Part shown: positions 27,901 to 38,484 of the stretch, piece by piece
Layout: every line of letters starts with the position of its first letter
Numbering within the stretch: the first letter of the stretch is position 1
Assembly (NCBI GenBank): GCA_963772365.1
Contig: CAVYXA010000003.1
Span: 256,001-320,000 of the forward strand
DNA length: 64,000 nt
Origin: an uncultured Verrucomicrobiae bacterium
GTDB lineage: Bacteria > Verrucomicrobiota > Verrucomicrobiia > Chthoniobacterales > UBA10450
Direction: 5' to 3'
Translations under genes and position numbers: made by a program
Notes under the pieces: generated by a model
Told to the model about the DNA's origin: nothing
The model's input: only the letters and a program-made list of their open reading frames with translations
Database searches by the model: none

Positions 27901-29607
27901 ATGGCGGCTGAATCCCCCAGACGCGGTCCGCTCGGAATTCCGTGCGCGATCGCGTTCTTTTGCATGGTCGGGATTGCCCTGGCTTACTGGTTACGCACCA
28001 TACCAGCCGGCAATCCCGACCCCCGCCTGAGCTACAACGTTTTTTTTTATCTATTCGCTCACCATGAGCCGGCCGGGTTGTTGATTGTCACGCTGTTCAA
28101 TCTCGCGGCCGCGCTATTTTTCTTTCGGAGGCGACAAGCCCGGGATGAGGCGGACATGACGGCCCACAGGGCCGTTGCTACGAAGTTGGCGACACACGGT
28201 CGCCTGATCTGCGTTGTGATCGCAGCCGTGGTTTGTGCAATCGCAAGTATCGGAACATCGACAGTTTTTCACGATTACCTGCTCACGGCTGATGAAAACC
28301 TTGCCGACTTCCAAGCGAGGATCTTCCTGTGCGGAAAAGTCCAGGCTGACGTGCCGGCGAACTGGGCGCCAGCCGCTAACGTGATCCGGCCAACCCACAG
28401 TGAATATTTCCCGGCAACGCATCGATGGAATGCAAGTTATCTGCCGGTGTACGCCGCAATGCGCGCGTTGTTTCAGTCTATTGATCTTCAATCGCTATTG
28501 AATCCACTCCTCGCTGCGCTAACGATTTTAGCGCTTTACGGCACGATTCGGAATATCTGGCCTGAATCGGAAACAAACGCGCTAATTGCGATCGGGCTGC
28601 TGGCCAGCTCGTCGCAATTTCTTCTGATGTCGATGACCGGTTACGCTATGGCGGCACATCTGGCGCTGAATTCGATTTGGCTCTGGCTTTATTCGCAGCC
28701 TGGTCGGCGCGTATTTTATTTCGCACCTGCAGTCGGTGTGCTCGCTATTGGACTTCACCAACCGATTGTTCACGCGCTTTTCGTCCTGCCATTTCTGGTC
28801 CGGCTCGTTTGGCAGCGAAAATGGCGGCCCGTTCTGATTTTTGGCGCAATCTATTTTGTGGGATGCGCGTTCTGGTATGCGTGGAAAACGCACTTCGCGT
28901 CGCCACTTGCGGGCGACATCGGATCCATTTTTCGGTTGGTCAATGCGCAAATGATCGTCGTTCAGCCGATGAATCTTCTCTTGATTATTACCTGGGCCTC
29001 GCTCGCCACCCCGCTCCTGCTGGTTCTTGGGTTTGGACAACTCCGCCAAAGGCGCCCGATCGTGCAGGATGCTATTGTCAGCTGCGTCTTAACATTTGGT
29101 TTCTATTACTTCTTCTATCTGGATCAGGCCCATGGCTGGGGTTATCGATACATCTACGGAAGTCTCGGCTGCTTCATCATTGTTGCTGTGGCTGGAATCG
29201 ATCGACTGTCGAGCTTGATCGGCGAACGTCGCGCCGTGACCTTCGCGGCGATCGGCATAGCCTTGTCGATCCTGGTTCAACTCCCGTTGCGCTGTATGCA
29301 GGCAGAGCGATTCGTAAGACCGTACGCGCGCGCAAGTGAAACACTTCATGCTATCCACGCTGATATCGTCGCGTTTGATCCGCGCGATGCCTGGTACTCC
29401 GCCGATCTGATCCGCAACGATCCATTCCTCGAACAACGTCCCATTATCGTTTCGCTTTTCCGCCTTACTTCGGCTGGCGCCGCTGCTCTGGATAAAAACG
29501 GTACCGCCCGCTTTATCACCCGCGACGAACTAGCCAGGCTCGGTCTGTTTACGACCCGCCGCGATCGTTTTGCTTACGACCCATTCAAGCTTGGTTCGGG
29601 CCCATGA
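27901..29607 (+). CDS. Polytopic membrane protein, probable GT-C-type glycosyltransferase (start uncertain; ORF open from 27712)
   Basis: Many TM segments, acidic ADE motif in an early loop, GWGYRY late motif, position in the glycosylation cluster. Confidence 0.55.
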   Translation: MAAESPRRGPLGIPCAIAFFCMVGIALAYWLRTIPAGNPDPRLSYNVFFYLFAHHEPAGLLIVTLFNLAAALFFFRRRQARDEADMTAHRAVATKLATHGRLICVVIAAVVCAIASIGTSTVFHDYLLTADENLADFQARIFLCGKVQADVPANWAPAANVIRPTHSEYFPATHRWNASYLPVYAAMRALFQSIDLQSLLNPLLAALTILALYGTIRNIWPESETNALIAIGLLASSSQFLLMSMTGYAMAAHLALNSIWLWLYSQPGRRVFYFAPAVGVLAIGLHQPIVHALFVLPFLVRLVWQRKWRPVLIFGAIYFVGCAFWYAWKTHFASPLAGDIGSIFRLVNAQMIVVQPMNLLLIITWASLATPLLLVLGFGQLRQRRPIVQDAIVSCVLTFGFYYFFYLDQAHGWGYRYIYGSLGCFIIVAVAGIDRLSSLIGERRAVTFAAIGIALSILVQLPLRCMQAERFVRPYARASETLHAIHADIVAFDPRDAWYSADLIRNDPFLEQRPIIVSLFRLTSAGAAALDKNGTARFITRDELARLGLFTTRRDRFAYDPFKLGSGP

Positions 29608-31088
29608 AACGACCCTCTCTCGAACGCCAGCTTTTCTCTAATCAACTGTGGGAAACTGTCGCCTTCATCGCCAAGGCCGCCTTCATGCTCGGCCTCACCC
29701 CGTGGATGATCCGCGTCTGGGGCGCGAAAGGCTACGGTGAATTCGCCCTCGCCAGCTCCGCGTTCGTTTTGTTCTCGCTTGTCGATCTTGGCATTCGAGC
29801 AAAAACGCGGGTGGCACTATGCAACGCTGCACAGAAAGACCGTGCGCAATGGCCAACGATTCTCGCGCACAGCACGGCGACCTTTGCCGTGATCGGCTTG
29901 TTGACGATCGTGTGTGCACTGATTCTCAACGACGCGGGTGTTTGGCCACATTTCTTCCACATCACATCGCCAAATCGAAACCTGATGGTGGTCGCCGCAA
30001 CGTTTTCGATTCTCGTGATGCTATCGAATCTGCTTCTCGAACCGCTCGTGGCACTCGGGCACATCGGAAAGCTTAAGCTCGCCACCGCGATCGGATGGCT
30101 CGTAGCGATTCCTGGTGTGGCGATTGTTTTGATTGCAAATGGACCTGTCATCGCCGCGGTCACGGTGTGGCTCGGAATGTTACTATGCGCAAATCTGCTT
30201 CTCCTCCTCCACAGCGGCAGGTCTCTTATTAATCCAATTAAGATTTACGGCAGCGTATCTCTCCGCGACATGATCGCCGTCCTCCGAGGAGGCTTTTGGT
30301 TTACGGTGATTAATACGACATGGATCTCCAAGACCTATGGCACCACGCTGCTCATTTCTGCACTCTTTGGGCCGACGGCGGCTGGAACTTTCTTCATTGC
30401 CTTGCGCTTGAGTGAGGTGATCACTGCCTTGGGAGCGATTTCGTGCGACGTTTCTTTAACGGAATTGGCGAAAGCGACCACGGTAGAAGAGCGGCGACAT
30501 TGTTTCGAAATCAGTTATTCGTGGGCAGCACTTCTTTCCACTCATCTTGCCATTGTAATCGGATTTTCAACCTTCGATTTTTACCAGGTTTGGCTTCGCG
30601 CTTCGTTGCCGGTGGCATCTTACGTCGGCGCTGTCGTCGCGGCGATTGGCCTAAGCGGTGCACTAAATCGCAAAGCTGCCTATGCCGCAATGGCTCTGGG
30701 CGATGCCAAGGTCGCAGCGAAGTGCGGGGTTGCCGAGGCTACCGCGTTCCTCGCTTTGATCGCTCTAGTGCCCCGTTCTCTCGGGTTGACAGGTATTCTC
30801 GGTTTGGCAACCCTGAGCAGTCTTGCATTGGCTCCGATCATCCGAACCGTCAGTCACCGGTTGCTAACCAAGCCTCTTCATTTGTGGTTAGATCCAGTTG
30901 TGTCGATTGCGCCATTTGCAATTCTGAGTTGGTCAATTCTTCTCGCTGCCAACATGGAAGGACAACCAATCATCAAAATCGTCGCCCTCGCAGTTGCAGG
31001 CATCATTGCAGTGGCCAACGTGATTCATCGGCAACTGCAAAGGAGCGCTGGCCGCTCGGAAACCTGCCCAGTGCTCCTTTCGTCATGA
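29604..31088 (+). CDS. Polysaccharide flippase-like (Wzx/MATE-like) membrane protein
   Basis: About 12-14 TM segments; TPWMIRVWGAKGYG and LVDLGI are typical of Wzx N-termini. Confidence 0.7.
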   Translation: MKRPSLERQLFSNQLWETVAFIAKAAFMLGLTPWMIRVWGAKGYGEFALASSAFVLFSLVDLGIRAKTRVALCNAAQKDRAQWPTILAHSTATFAVIGLLTIVCALILNDAGVWPHFFHITSPNRNLMVVAATFSILVMLSNLLLEPLVALGHIGKLKLATAIGWLVAIPGVAIVLIANGPVIAAVTVWLGMLLCANLLLLLHSGRSLINPIKIYGSVSLRDMIAVLRGGFWFTVINTTWISKTYGTTLLISALFGPTAAGTFFIALRLSEVITALGAISCDVSLTELAKATTVEERRHCFEISYSWAALLSTHLAIVIGFSTFDFYQVWLRASLPVASYVGAVVAAIGLSGALNRKAAYAAMALGDAKVAAKCGVAEATAFLALIALVPRSLGLTGILGLATLSSLALAPIIRTVSHRLLTKPLHLWLDPVVSIAPFAILSWSILLAANMEGQPIIKIVALAVAGIIAVANVIHRQLQRSAGRSETCPVLLSS

Positions 31089-31114
31089 CTAACAATCAGT
31101 AATCCACATTTAAA

Positions 31115-32065
31115 ATGCATCAGAGATTCTCTTCGCGTGTCAAAACAGTATTGGGGCGCCCGGTTTGGTTGCTGGTCAGCGCACTTTCGTTTGTGCGTCG
31201 CTGGATTCTGGGCCCCCACGCCATCGGTGTTCTTTATGAGTCCGAGAATGGAACTCTTATCTCCGGTGTTGGAGATATGTTCGTCGGTGGCACCTTGGGT
31301 TTTCGTGGCCGCTACCAGATGGACACACTCAATTCGCTCCTCGCGCTATTGACTCCGCAGAGCCGGGTGCTGGTCATTGGATCGCACGTTGGCGCATTCG
31401 CTATCCCATTGTCCAGAAAAGTTCGCGAAGTGATTGCTTACGAGGCCAATCCCAACACATTCCGCCTGTTGCAATACAATTTGAAGTTAAATCGGATCGA
31501 CAATCTTGAGGCATACAATCTCGCCGTCGGGGATCGTCCCGGCAAAATAGACTTTTTCGCCAGCAGTGTGAATTCCGGAGGAAGCGGCTGCCGCTTCGAC
31601 CCCGCTCCGGGATTCATGACTCGTTCGAACCGAATCGAAGTGGAGATGGTTCGGCTCGCGGATCACATCGCTGATCCACAGTTCGATCTCGTCCTGATGG
31701 ATATTGAAGGCTCGGAGTGTTTTGCCTTCAGAGGCATGCAGCCGATCCTCGCAGCCTGCTCCTATCTTCAATTTGAATATTTGCCGCCGCTACTTAGGAA
31801 AAGCGGGGTGAGCGACAAAGATTTGGTGAGTGCCCTCGGCGAAAATTTCGCAGAGATTCGCATCCAAGGTACCGAAATACGCGCCCTGCAGGGCGACTTC
31901 CTCGAATTGTTCAATATGCTTCGTCGAGAAAACAAGCATGTCGATCTACTAGCACTCACCCCACAGCGCGCGCCTTTCTTTTCCACCAATTCCGTAACTA
32001 CTATCGGCGATCAGTTTAGGAAACCGCTGGAATGCAAATCCGCTTTCCTTCACTCGCAATGTTAA
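31115..32065 (+). CDS. FkbM family methyltransferase
   Basis: IGSHVG, YEANP, LMDIEGSE. Confidence 0.85.
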   Translation: MHQRFSSRVKTVLGRPVWLLVSALSFVRRWILGPHAIGVLYESENGTLISGVGDMFVGGTLGFRGRYQMDTLNSLLALLTPQSRVLVIGSHVGAFAIPLSRKVREVIAYEANPNTFRLLQYNLKLNRIDNLEAYNLAVGDRPGKIDFFASSVNSGGSGCRFDPAPGFMTRSNRIEVEMVRLADHIADPQFDLVLMDIEGSECFAFRGMQPILAACSYLQFEYLPPLLRKSGVSDKDLVSALGENFAEIRIQGTEIRALQGDFLELFNMLRRENKHVDLLALTPQRAPFFSTNSVTTIGDQFRKPLECKSAFLHSQC

Positions 32066-33000
32066 ACGCGTTGATCAGCTTCGGATTGCGGTTGCGCTGG
32101 TGCGAATTGCGGTCGAGCGATTTCAGTTCCGAAAACTGTCCAACATGTGGTTGCGCCAGTTTCCATTGGTCCGTTCACTCCCTGAAACGGGCGTCACGTC
32201 ACAGGATGCGTTCCCTAAATTCGTTGGGCGTCGCCCACGACATTTTTTACGCGGGCGCTTATGATTCCATTCGCCCCGTGTTGCGCGATGTTCGCACCAT
32301 CGCGGACATCGGATGCAATTCCGGTTTCTTCACGTGCTTCTTAGCGAATGCCACTGGTAATTCTGCCATCCGAGGGTTGTTGGTCGATGCCAATCCCGAC
32401 ATGGTTCGCGAAGCTGAATGGCACTTGAAAAAAAATCATCTATCTCAGATGCGAGCAATCCAAGGTTTGGTTGGCGCTAATTCGCAGGCGCTAAACGAGG
32501 TCTTTTATCTGCATTCCGATGCCGCATGCTCGTCTTGTTATCCTTCCAGCCCGGATGGAATTGTCACGCTTACCGGATGGCAGGCGATTCAAGTTCCTGT
32601 CCTTTCGATTGCCGAGGAGTGGCGGAAACATTTTGGTGATACCCCTTGCGATTTGGTCAAGATCGACATCGAAGGTTCCGAAGCGGATTTTATCCGACGC
32701 GAAGCAGACTTCATTGCTTCAACTCGCTTCGTGCTCCTCGAAATCCACCACTGGCTCGTGGATGCAACCACGATCGGAGACCAACTCGACACATTAGGAT
32801 TCGAACTCTGCAACTTGATGCCTTCTTTGCACAACACCGATGTTCGATTTTATGTCAACCGAGGCTCGCTTAATGGCAACTCGGAACAGTATTCGCGCGG
32901 AAATCGCGACACCGGCTGCGGTTTAAAAGAAGTCGGCCCCCTTGAGGTAACGCACCGTGAAACGGCGCCTCACGTCTGCCCACGAAATCTAAACAGTTGA
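32059..33000 (+). CDS. FkbM family methyltransferase
   Basis: ADIGCNSG, VDANP, LVKIDIEGSE, LEIH. Confidence 0.85.
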   Translation: MLNALISFGLRLRWCELRSSDFSSENCPTCGCASFHWSVHSLKRASRHRMRSLNSLGVAHDIFYAGAYDSIRPVLRDVRTIADIGCNSGFFTCFLANATGNSAIRGLLVDANPDMVREAEWHLKKNHLSQMRAIQGLVGANSQALNEVFYLHSDAACSSCYPSSPDGIVTLTGWQAIQVPVLSIAEEWRKHFGDTPCDLVKIDIEGSEADFIRREADFIASTRFVLLEIHHWLVDATTIGDQLDTLGFELCNLMPSLHNTDVRFYVNRGSLNGNSEQYSRGNRDTGCGLKEVGPLEVTHRETAPHVCPRNLNS

Positions 33001-34016
33001 CGGGGCAAAGTTGATCTCCTCGCCAGCAAACGTATAGGCAAGTTTTTGGAAGGCGCGCTTGTCGGGTCGGAATTAAATAGATTATATTCAGGCGAATAAC
33101 GATCGCGATTTGGCCAGACGACCTCAACTTCCGGCAGCAGCGGGCCAGTTCGTTCCGGATGCGTGGGTCCAAAGAACGTCGTCAACCGATCATTCACCGC
33201 TGCGGCCATGTGCATCCCGCCACAGTCAGCTGTGAAAATTCTAGTTGCTCGTTTCATCACTGCCAAGCTCTCGTGGAACGAGAGCGCGCCGCCGAGATTT
33301 TGTAAGTTCGCGGGAAATTTAAAGCGGGAGTAATGAGCGCCGTCGGCACGGTTCCCTAACAGTACGACAGTCTGCTTCCGACATAGGACGTTAACCAGTT
33401 TCTCGAAGAACTCATCTGGCAGCCTTTTCACAAATTGAGTTTCGCCGGCATTGTTTCCGCCACTGTTGATGACGCCGACGAATTGATCCAATCGCCTCTT
33501 TGATAAAATCCGGTCCGCGACCTGATCTGTATCCGGCGGATACGTAACTTCCATCTTTGTGTCGGAGAAATCGGGATTTCCGCAGAAGCTCAGGAGATCG
33601 AGGTAATAATAAATCTCATGCCGTATATCGGAGTAGCGAACCGCCTCGGTTAAAAAGAACCGGCTGATCGGTTCCCGCACGAATCCGATACGGCGGGGAA
33701 TTCCGAGCGATTTGGCTAGCGCGTTGAAAATCCAATTTTTCCCCAGCAAAAATGCAACTGTGAACCGCTCCTTCTTGAGTTTTCTCCAGAGTCGATAAAC
33801 CTGGCGAATGTTGTGGCGGAAAAACATTTGCTCATCGAAGCCAACGACAGAGGAAAGATGCGGATTTCCATCGAGAGCGACGCGATAACTGTCGCCAACC
33901 CAGAATTGAATCTCTGCGTCGGGATAGATACGACGGAGTTGCCGCACAAAAGGCGTCGTCATCAAAACGTCGCCGAGCAAACCCAGTTTGAAGATCAAAA
34001 TCTTAGGCTTTGACAT
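32970..34016 (-). CDS. Glycosyltransferase family 9 (heptosyltransferase-like); start ATG 34016
   Basis: KILIFKLGLLGDVLMTTP, TADCGGMHMAAA, FFGPT. Confidence 0.88.
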   Translation of the reverse strand: MSKPKILIFKLGLLGDVLMTTPFVRQLRRIYPDAEIQFWVGDSYRVALDGNPHLSSVVGFDEQMFFRHNIRQVYRLWRKLKKERFTVAFLLGKNWIFNALAKSLGIPRRIGFVREPISRFFLTEAVRYSDIRHEIYYYLDLLSFCGNPDFSDTKMEVTYPPDTDQVADRILSKRRLDQFVGVINSGGNNAGETQFVKRLPDEFFEKLVNVLCRKQTVVLLGNRADGAHYSRFKFPANLQNLGGALSFHESLAVMKRATRIFTADCGGMHMAAAVNDRLTTFFGPTHPERTGPLLPEVEVVWPNRDRYSPEYNLFNSDPTSAPSKNLPIRLLARRSTLPRQLFRFRGQT

Positions 34017-35233
34017 AGCTTGGCGCGAGAACCTCAGATCGCTCTGGCTTTTTTTGGCAATACCTATGAAAAATCCGCAGATAGGCTTCGGCACATTTAT
34101 TCCAGTCCCACAGAGCATGAGCCTGTTTGGCGCGTTCTTCGGTTCCTATTGGCCAGGATTTGATGGATTTGATAGCGGTAGCGAATGCTGCACGCAGGTT
34201 TTCACCAGCGGGTCCCGCTGAAATCAGCAGCGTCGCCAGCTTCGGGACAAGCCATTCGAATTTCTTCCGAAACAAGACATGGAAGCCCGCAGGCAATCGC
34301 TTCCTGCACCACGAGTGGAAAGCCTTCGCCCACGCTTGGCAGGACGAGCAGATCGGCAGCGTTATACCAGTCTGCGAGCTGAGAAGGCTGCATCTGATCG
34401 CAGACGCGAACATTGGGTGCATTCCAACGGCGTGGATCGATCGGGCCACGCCCGATAAAAACCCACCTTGTCTCTGGTGTCTCACGCGCGAGAGCGTGCA
34501 GTTTGTGCAAACCTTTCTTTTCAACAAAACGTCCAACAAATAGGGCGACGTTGTGACCCCTATGAAGGCCAAAGTTTTCGCGTGTTGCAAAACGCCGAGT
34601 GGCCGGTTGCGGGCAAAAAACATTTTGATCAACGCCGTTATAAATGCTGCGCGCAACGCGCAACCTCAGCTTTTTCTGGAACTGATGTCGAACGATATCA
34701 CTGATAAAAACGGCTTCAGATGCATTTCGGAGGAGTGCGCTCGACACAACGCGATTCATTATTCGGACGGTCAACGTTAACAACCACGACCGATATGGCA
34801 CGTCTCCGATATGCTGTGTTACGATGATTGGTTTGCGATAAAACTTGGCCAACAGAAACGCAGCTTGACTCGTCGTGTACAGCGCGTCGTGAATGTGAAT
34901 CACGTCTGCCCATCGCACAGCCGCACGAAGGCGAACGACACTGAGCGGAGAAAGAATCGGGAACGGCACACCGACGATGTGCTCGACGACGTTTGTGCCG
35001 GCCAGCGGTAGAATCGGAACATCCGTAGGCAGCCCATGCCCACTATCAGTCGCTGCCCATTGAACATCGCACATCGCAGCGAATTGCCGGGCTAACGCGT
35101 GCGCAACCAGTTCGATCCCTCCGCCTTTGCCGGAGTAGTAGTGCGTGACGATGAGAACGCGCAGACGACGCGCCTGTTCGCTTTTGTTTAACGCGAACTG
35201 CTGCTGGCGCGGAATTGCAGATAACGCTGCCAT
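34003..35233 (-). CDS. Glycosyltransferase family 4; +1 frameshift near 34240
   Basis: GGIE, FVGRFVEKKG, PSVGEGFPLVVQEAIACGLP; the C-terminal helix WDWNKCAEAYLRIF lies in the next frame. Confidence 0.85.
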
Positions 35234-35242
35234 GACGACGAT

Positions 35243-36467
35243 TCACGCGTTCCGCGCGTCCGCACTTGGAATCGTTAACAAATCAAGAAAGAAGCTAGCG
35301 AAAAAGGCTTGGACTCCCACCGTCAGCGATGTCACCGCCGGAACGACCATACGCAAGCTGTCGGGATAGGAGATGGCGCCGTAACCTGCGCGGCGCCAAA
35401 ATAACAAAGCTGTAACAAGTATGCAGAACCCGAGGGTCATTAACCCGGCTCCGACGACAAGACCCATTTCGAGGCTAAAACGGGACAGCAGTTTCTCCAG
35501 CCGCCGGCTCGGTGGAAGAATTCCGGCGAGCGTGGCGAAGCAACGGGCGAAGATGCCGAAAAACCCAAGCTGCGACCCTAACAAAATCGACATTGCACAA
35601 ACGAGGAGCGTGTTCGTGTCGAAACCGATACCACCGATTTGAATCGGACCGACGAGCAAGCGCGCGCCGAAACCGGCGCCGGAGACAAAAAGTGTGAGTG
35701 CGGGAATACAGAAGAGCCAGAGTGGGCAGTGCAATAGCATGAAGCGCAAGTGCCGCCAGCCATCACGCCAACTCCGCAGATGTGACCGGCGCGATCGCCC
35801 GTCTTTGTGCAACGTGATTGGCACTTCGGCCGTGCGCAGCTTGGCAAATGTCGCCTTAATCACCATCTCGGAGGCGAATTCCATTCCGGGTCCTGGACAA
35901 GCCCATCTTCGAAAATCCGTGCTTCGTCAGGGCGCGCAGGCCGCAGTGAAAATCGTTCGCCGGGCTTTTGAAAAACAAACGCCCTAGAAACGTAAGCACC
36001 GGGTTGCCGATCCAGCGATGCTTCCACGGCATCGCGCCTTTCATGATGCGGCCGTTGCCCCATGGCATGCGGCAGCCCATCACCAACTCGCAACCCTCTT
36101 TCAATTTTTCGACGAATGGCGCGATACTGCCGAAATCGTAGCTGTCATCAGCGTCCCCGATGATGATCCATTCACCAATTGCGGCATTCATTCCCGCTTG
36201 CAGCGCCGAGCCGTATCCCCGCTCTGTTACATCGACAATCCGCGCGCCGTTGCGTCGTGCGATTTCCTGGGATCCATGGGTCCTGCCGTTATCTGCAATT
36301 ACGATCTCGCCCGAAATGGCCAGCTCAGCTAGCGCATTCCATGCTTTTCGTATGCACGTCCCGAGCGTTTCGGCCTCGTTCAGGCACGGCATGACGATGG
36401 AAAGCTTGGGATGAACTTTCCTCGCCGGAAGTATTGGAGATTGGAGTGCGAAGGCAGGGGCGTACAC
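35243..36467 (-). CDS. Glycosyltransferase family 2 (DPM-like) with C-terminal TM region; +1 frameshift near 35889, possibly a pseudogene
   Basis: SIVMPCLNEA, GYGSAL, GDADDSYD, DFHCGLR, then (T)GMEFASEMVIKA in the next frame. Confidence 0.8.
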
Positions 36468-36567
36468 GCAAAAAAAAAGAGCAGACAGCGTGCCGATTCG
36501 GTGGTCGTGCAGCTCCGCCGCTGCCTGTTGCTATGGCCGCTACGCGAGAAACCCGGGTTGTTAATGC

Positions 36568-38346
36568 TCAACCGCCCAGCGCTGAATTCGCTGTGGCGAG
36601 CACCGCGTCGTCGTCGTTCTGGTTCAGGCCAGCGAGGAAACCGCGAATCCGCCGGAAGGATTGACGGAGGAAAAGATCGGCGGGCTTGTGATTTGATGGA
36701 GTGGTATCACCATTTCGCCGATGGGCCTGCAATTCCGCATCCAAACGGCTCAAGACACATGTCGATGCAAAAAGCTCCATCGCCGCCCAGGCGATTCGTT
36801 CCTGGACGAGCTGCATGTCGAGAATCGGCTCGCGATACGCAATTAGAGAGCGGTTTACGGCGAAATTGAAACGCCAGATCAATCGCGCCAATTGCGCTGC
36901 CTGGGACCGAAGCTCTGGACTTTGCACCGGGACATCCGGCACTCGAACGGTTGCGCTCAAACGACTCATCCCCGCATTCCATGCCTTTCCAATGCCGCCT
37001 TCGCGGCTCGGCTTCAGCATGGTGTCGTAAATTTCCTTAAACTCCATGCCTGGACCGCGCATTCCGACCAGCGCGATAAAGGACGTCAGCACTTCGTTGC
37101 TTCCTTCGCCGATCTGATTAATTCGTGCGTCGCGCAGCATTCGCTCGAGCGGCAGATCGGTCATGTAAGCCGCGCCGCCGTGGGTTTGGAATGCTTCATT
37201 GACGCATTCCCAGAGCAGATGTGTCGTGAAGACCTTCAACATCGCGGTTTCGAGCATGTAATCTTCCAGGCCGCGGTCGATGAATGACGCGGTGATCGTC
37301 GTGATTGCTTCCATCGCGTAAGCGTCAGCCGCGATTCGGGCGATTTTCTTTTTAACGAGATGAAAATTGCCGAGTGTTTTGTTGAACTGCTTTCGCGTAT
37401 TCGCATGGTCGACCGCCATGCGCAGGCAAGTTTTGGCTGCACCGGTGCAACACGCGCCGAAAGTTGTCCGGCCAAAATCGAGCACGGTGAGCGCGACCTT
37501 CAAACCTTTGCCCAGTGGACCGAGGATATTTTCCTTCGGTACTTTCACATCGCGCATCGCGAATCGGCCCGTCGCCGTGCCTCGAATTCCCATTTTTCCC
37601 ATCCGCGGCTCGAGGATCTCGAAACCCGGCATGTCCGGCGTTACCAGAAACGCGGTGATCGCATCCTTGCCCGGTTTACCGGGAACCGGTGTGCGGGCCA
37701 TCACGGTTAACACCTGAGCGATGGCGGCGTTGGTGATGTAGCGCTTCTCGCCGTTCAAAGTGTAATGCGAGCCGTCCTCACTCGGAGTTGCTGTCATCTG
37801 CACGTTGGCCGCATCGGAGCCGGCTTCCTTTTCCGTCAACGCGAACGCTCCGAGCCATTCGCCACTGCAAAGTTTTGGCAGCCATTTCTGTTTTTGTTCG
37901 TGCGTGCCGAAGAGCAATAACGCGCGAATGCCAATGGAATGGTGCGCATTCACAAAAACCGACGTCGAAGCGCACCGGCGACCGATCTCTTCCAGGATTC
38001 TTGTGTTGGCGATCTGCGAGAAGCCGTGCCCACCGTACTCGGGAGGCGCCGTCATGCCGAGCACGCCGACGCGGCCGAGACCGTCGATGACTTCGCGCGG
38101 AATATCTGCTTGTCGATCTATCTCTGCCGCATCGAGCTGCGCATCGAGAAATTCGCGCAATTCTCCCAGGACCTGGTCTAGCTGCGTTTGTTGCGCTGCC
38201 GGAATCCGCGGATACGGCATCACCCAATCGGAGACGAAATGCCCGGCAAACAGTCCTTTGACAAAACCGAGCGCCTGCGGGCCGGTGAAAAGCAGTTCCT
38301 CAGCCTGCTGAATTTCCTTCTGACGTTGCGCTTCGGTTTCAGTCAT
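36568..38346 (-). CDS. Acyl-CoA dehydrogenase (VLCAD-like); start ATG 38346
   Basis: FALTEKEAGSDA, LNGEKRYITN, KMGIRG, RKQF, RDARINQIGEGSNEV. Confidence 0.93.
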   Translation of the reverse strand: MTETEAQRQKEIQQAEELLFTGPQALGFVKGLFAGHFVSDWVMPYPRIPAAQQTQLDQVLGELREFLDAQLDAAEIDRQADIPREVIDGLGRVGVLGMTAPPEYGGHGFSQIANTRILEEIGRRCASTSVFVNAHHSIGIRALLLFGTHEQKQKWLPKLCSGEWLGAFALTEKEAGSDAANVQMTATPSEDGSHYTLNGEKRYITNAAIAQVLTVMARTPVPGKPGKDAITAFLVTPDMPGFEILEPRMGKMGIRGTATGRFAMRDVKVPKENILGPLGKGLKVALTVLDFGRTTFGACCTGAAKTCLRMAVDHANTRKQFNKTLGNFHLVKKKIARIAADAYAMEAITTITASFIDRGLEDYMLETAMLKVFTTHLLWECVNEAFQTHGGAAYMTDLPLERMLRDARINQIGEGSNEVLTSFIALVGMRGPGMEFKEIYDTMLKPSREGGIGKAWNAGMSRLSATVRVPDVPVQSPELRSQAAQLARLIWRFNFAVNRSLIAYREPILDMQLVQERIAWAAMELFASTCVLSRLDAELQAHRRNGDTTPSNHKPADLFLRQSFRRIRGFLAGLNQNDDDAVLATANSALGG

Positions 38347-38484
38347 AAAAAGCTCGCCGCTGAAAAAGCGGGCGACGCATTGTAGCCATCTGTGAGCCTG
38401 TGTCCACCCGCGAAGCACACGCGTTGCTGGCGAGGCGTAAATTGAACAATTTCTTAGCACGAGACTTGCAGCATTCATGGCTCG

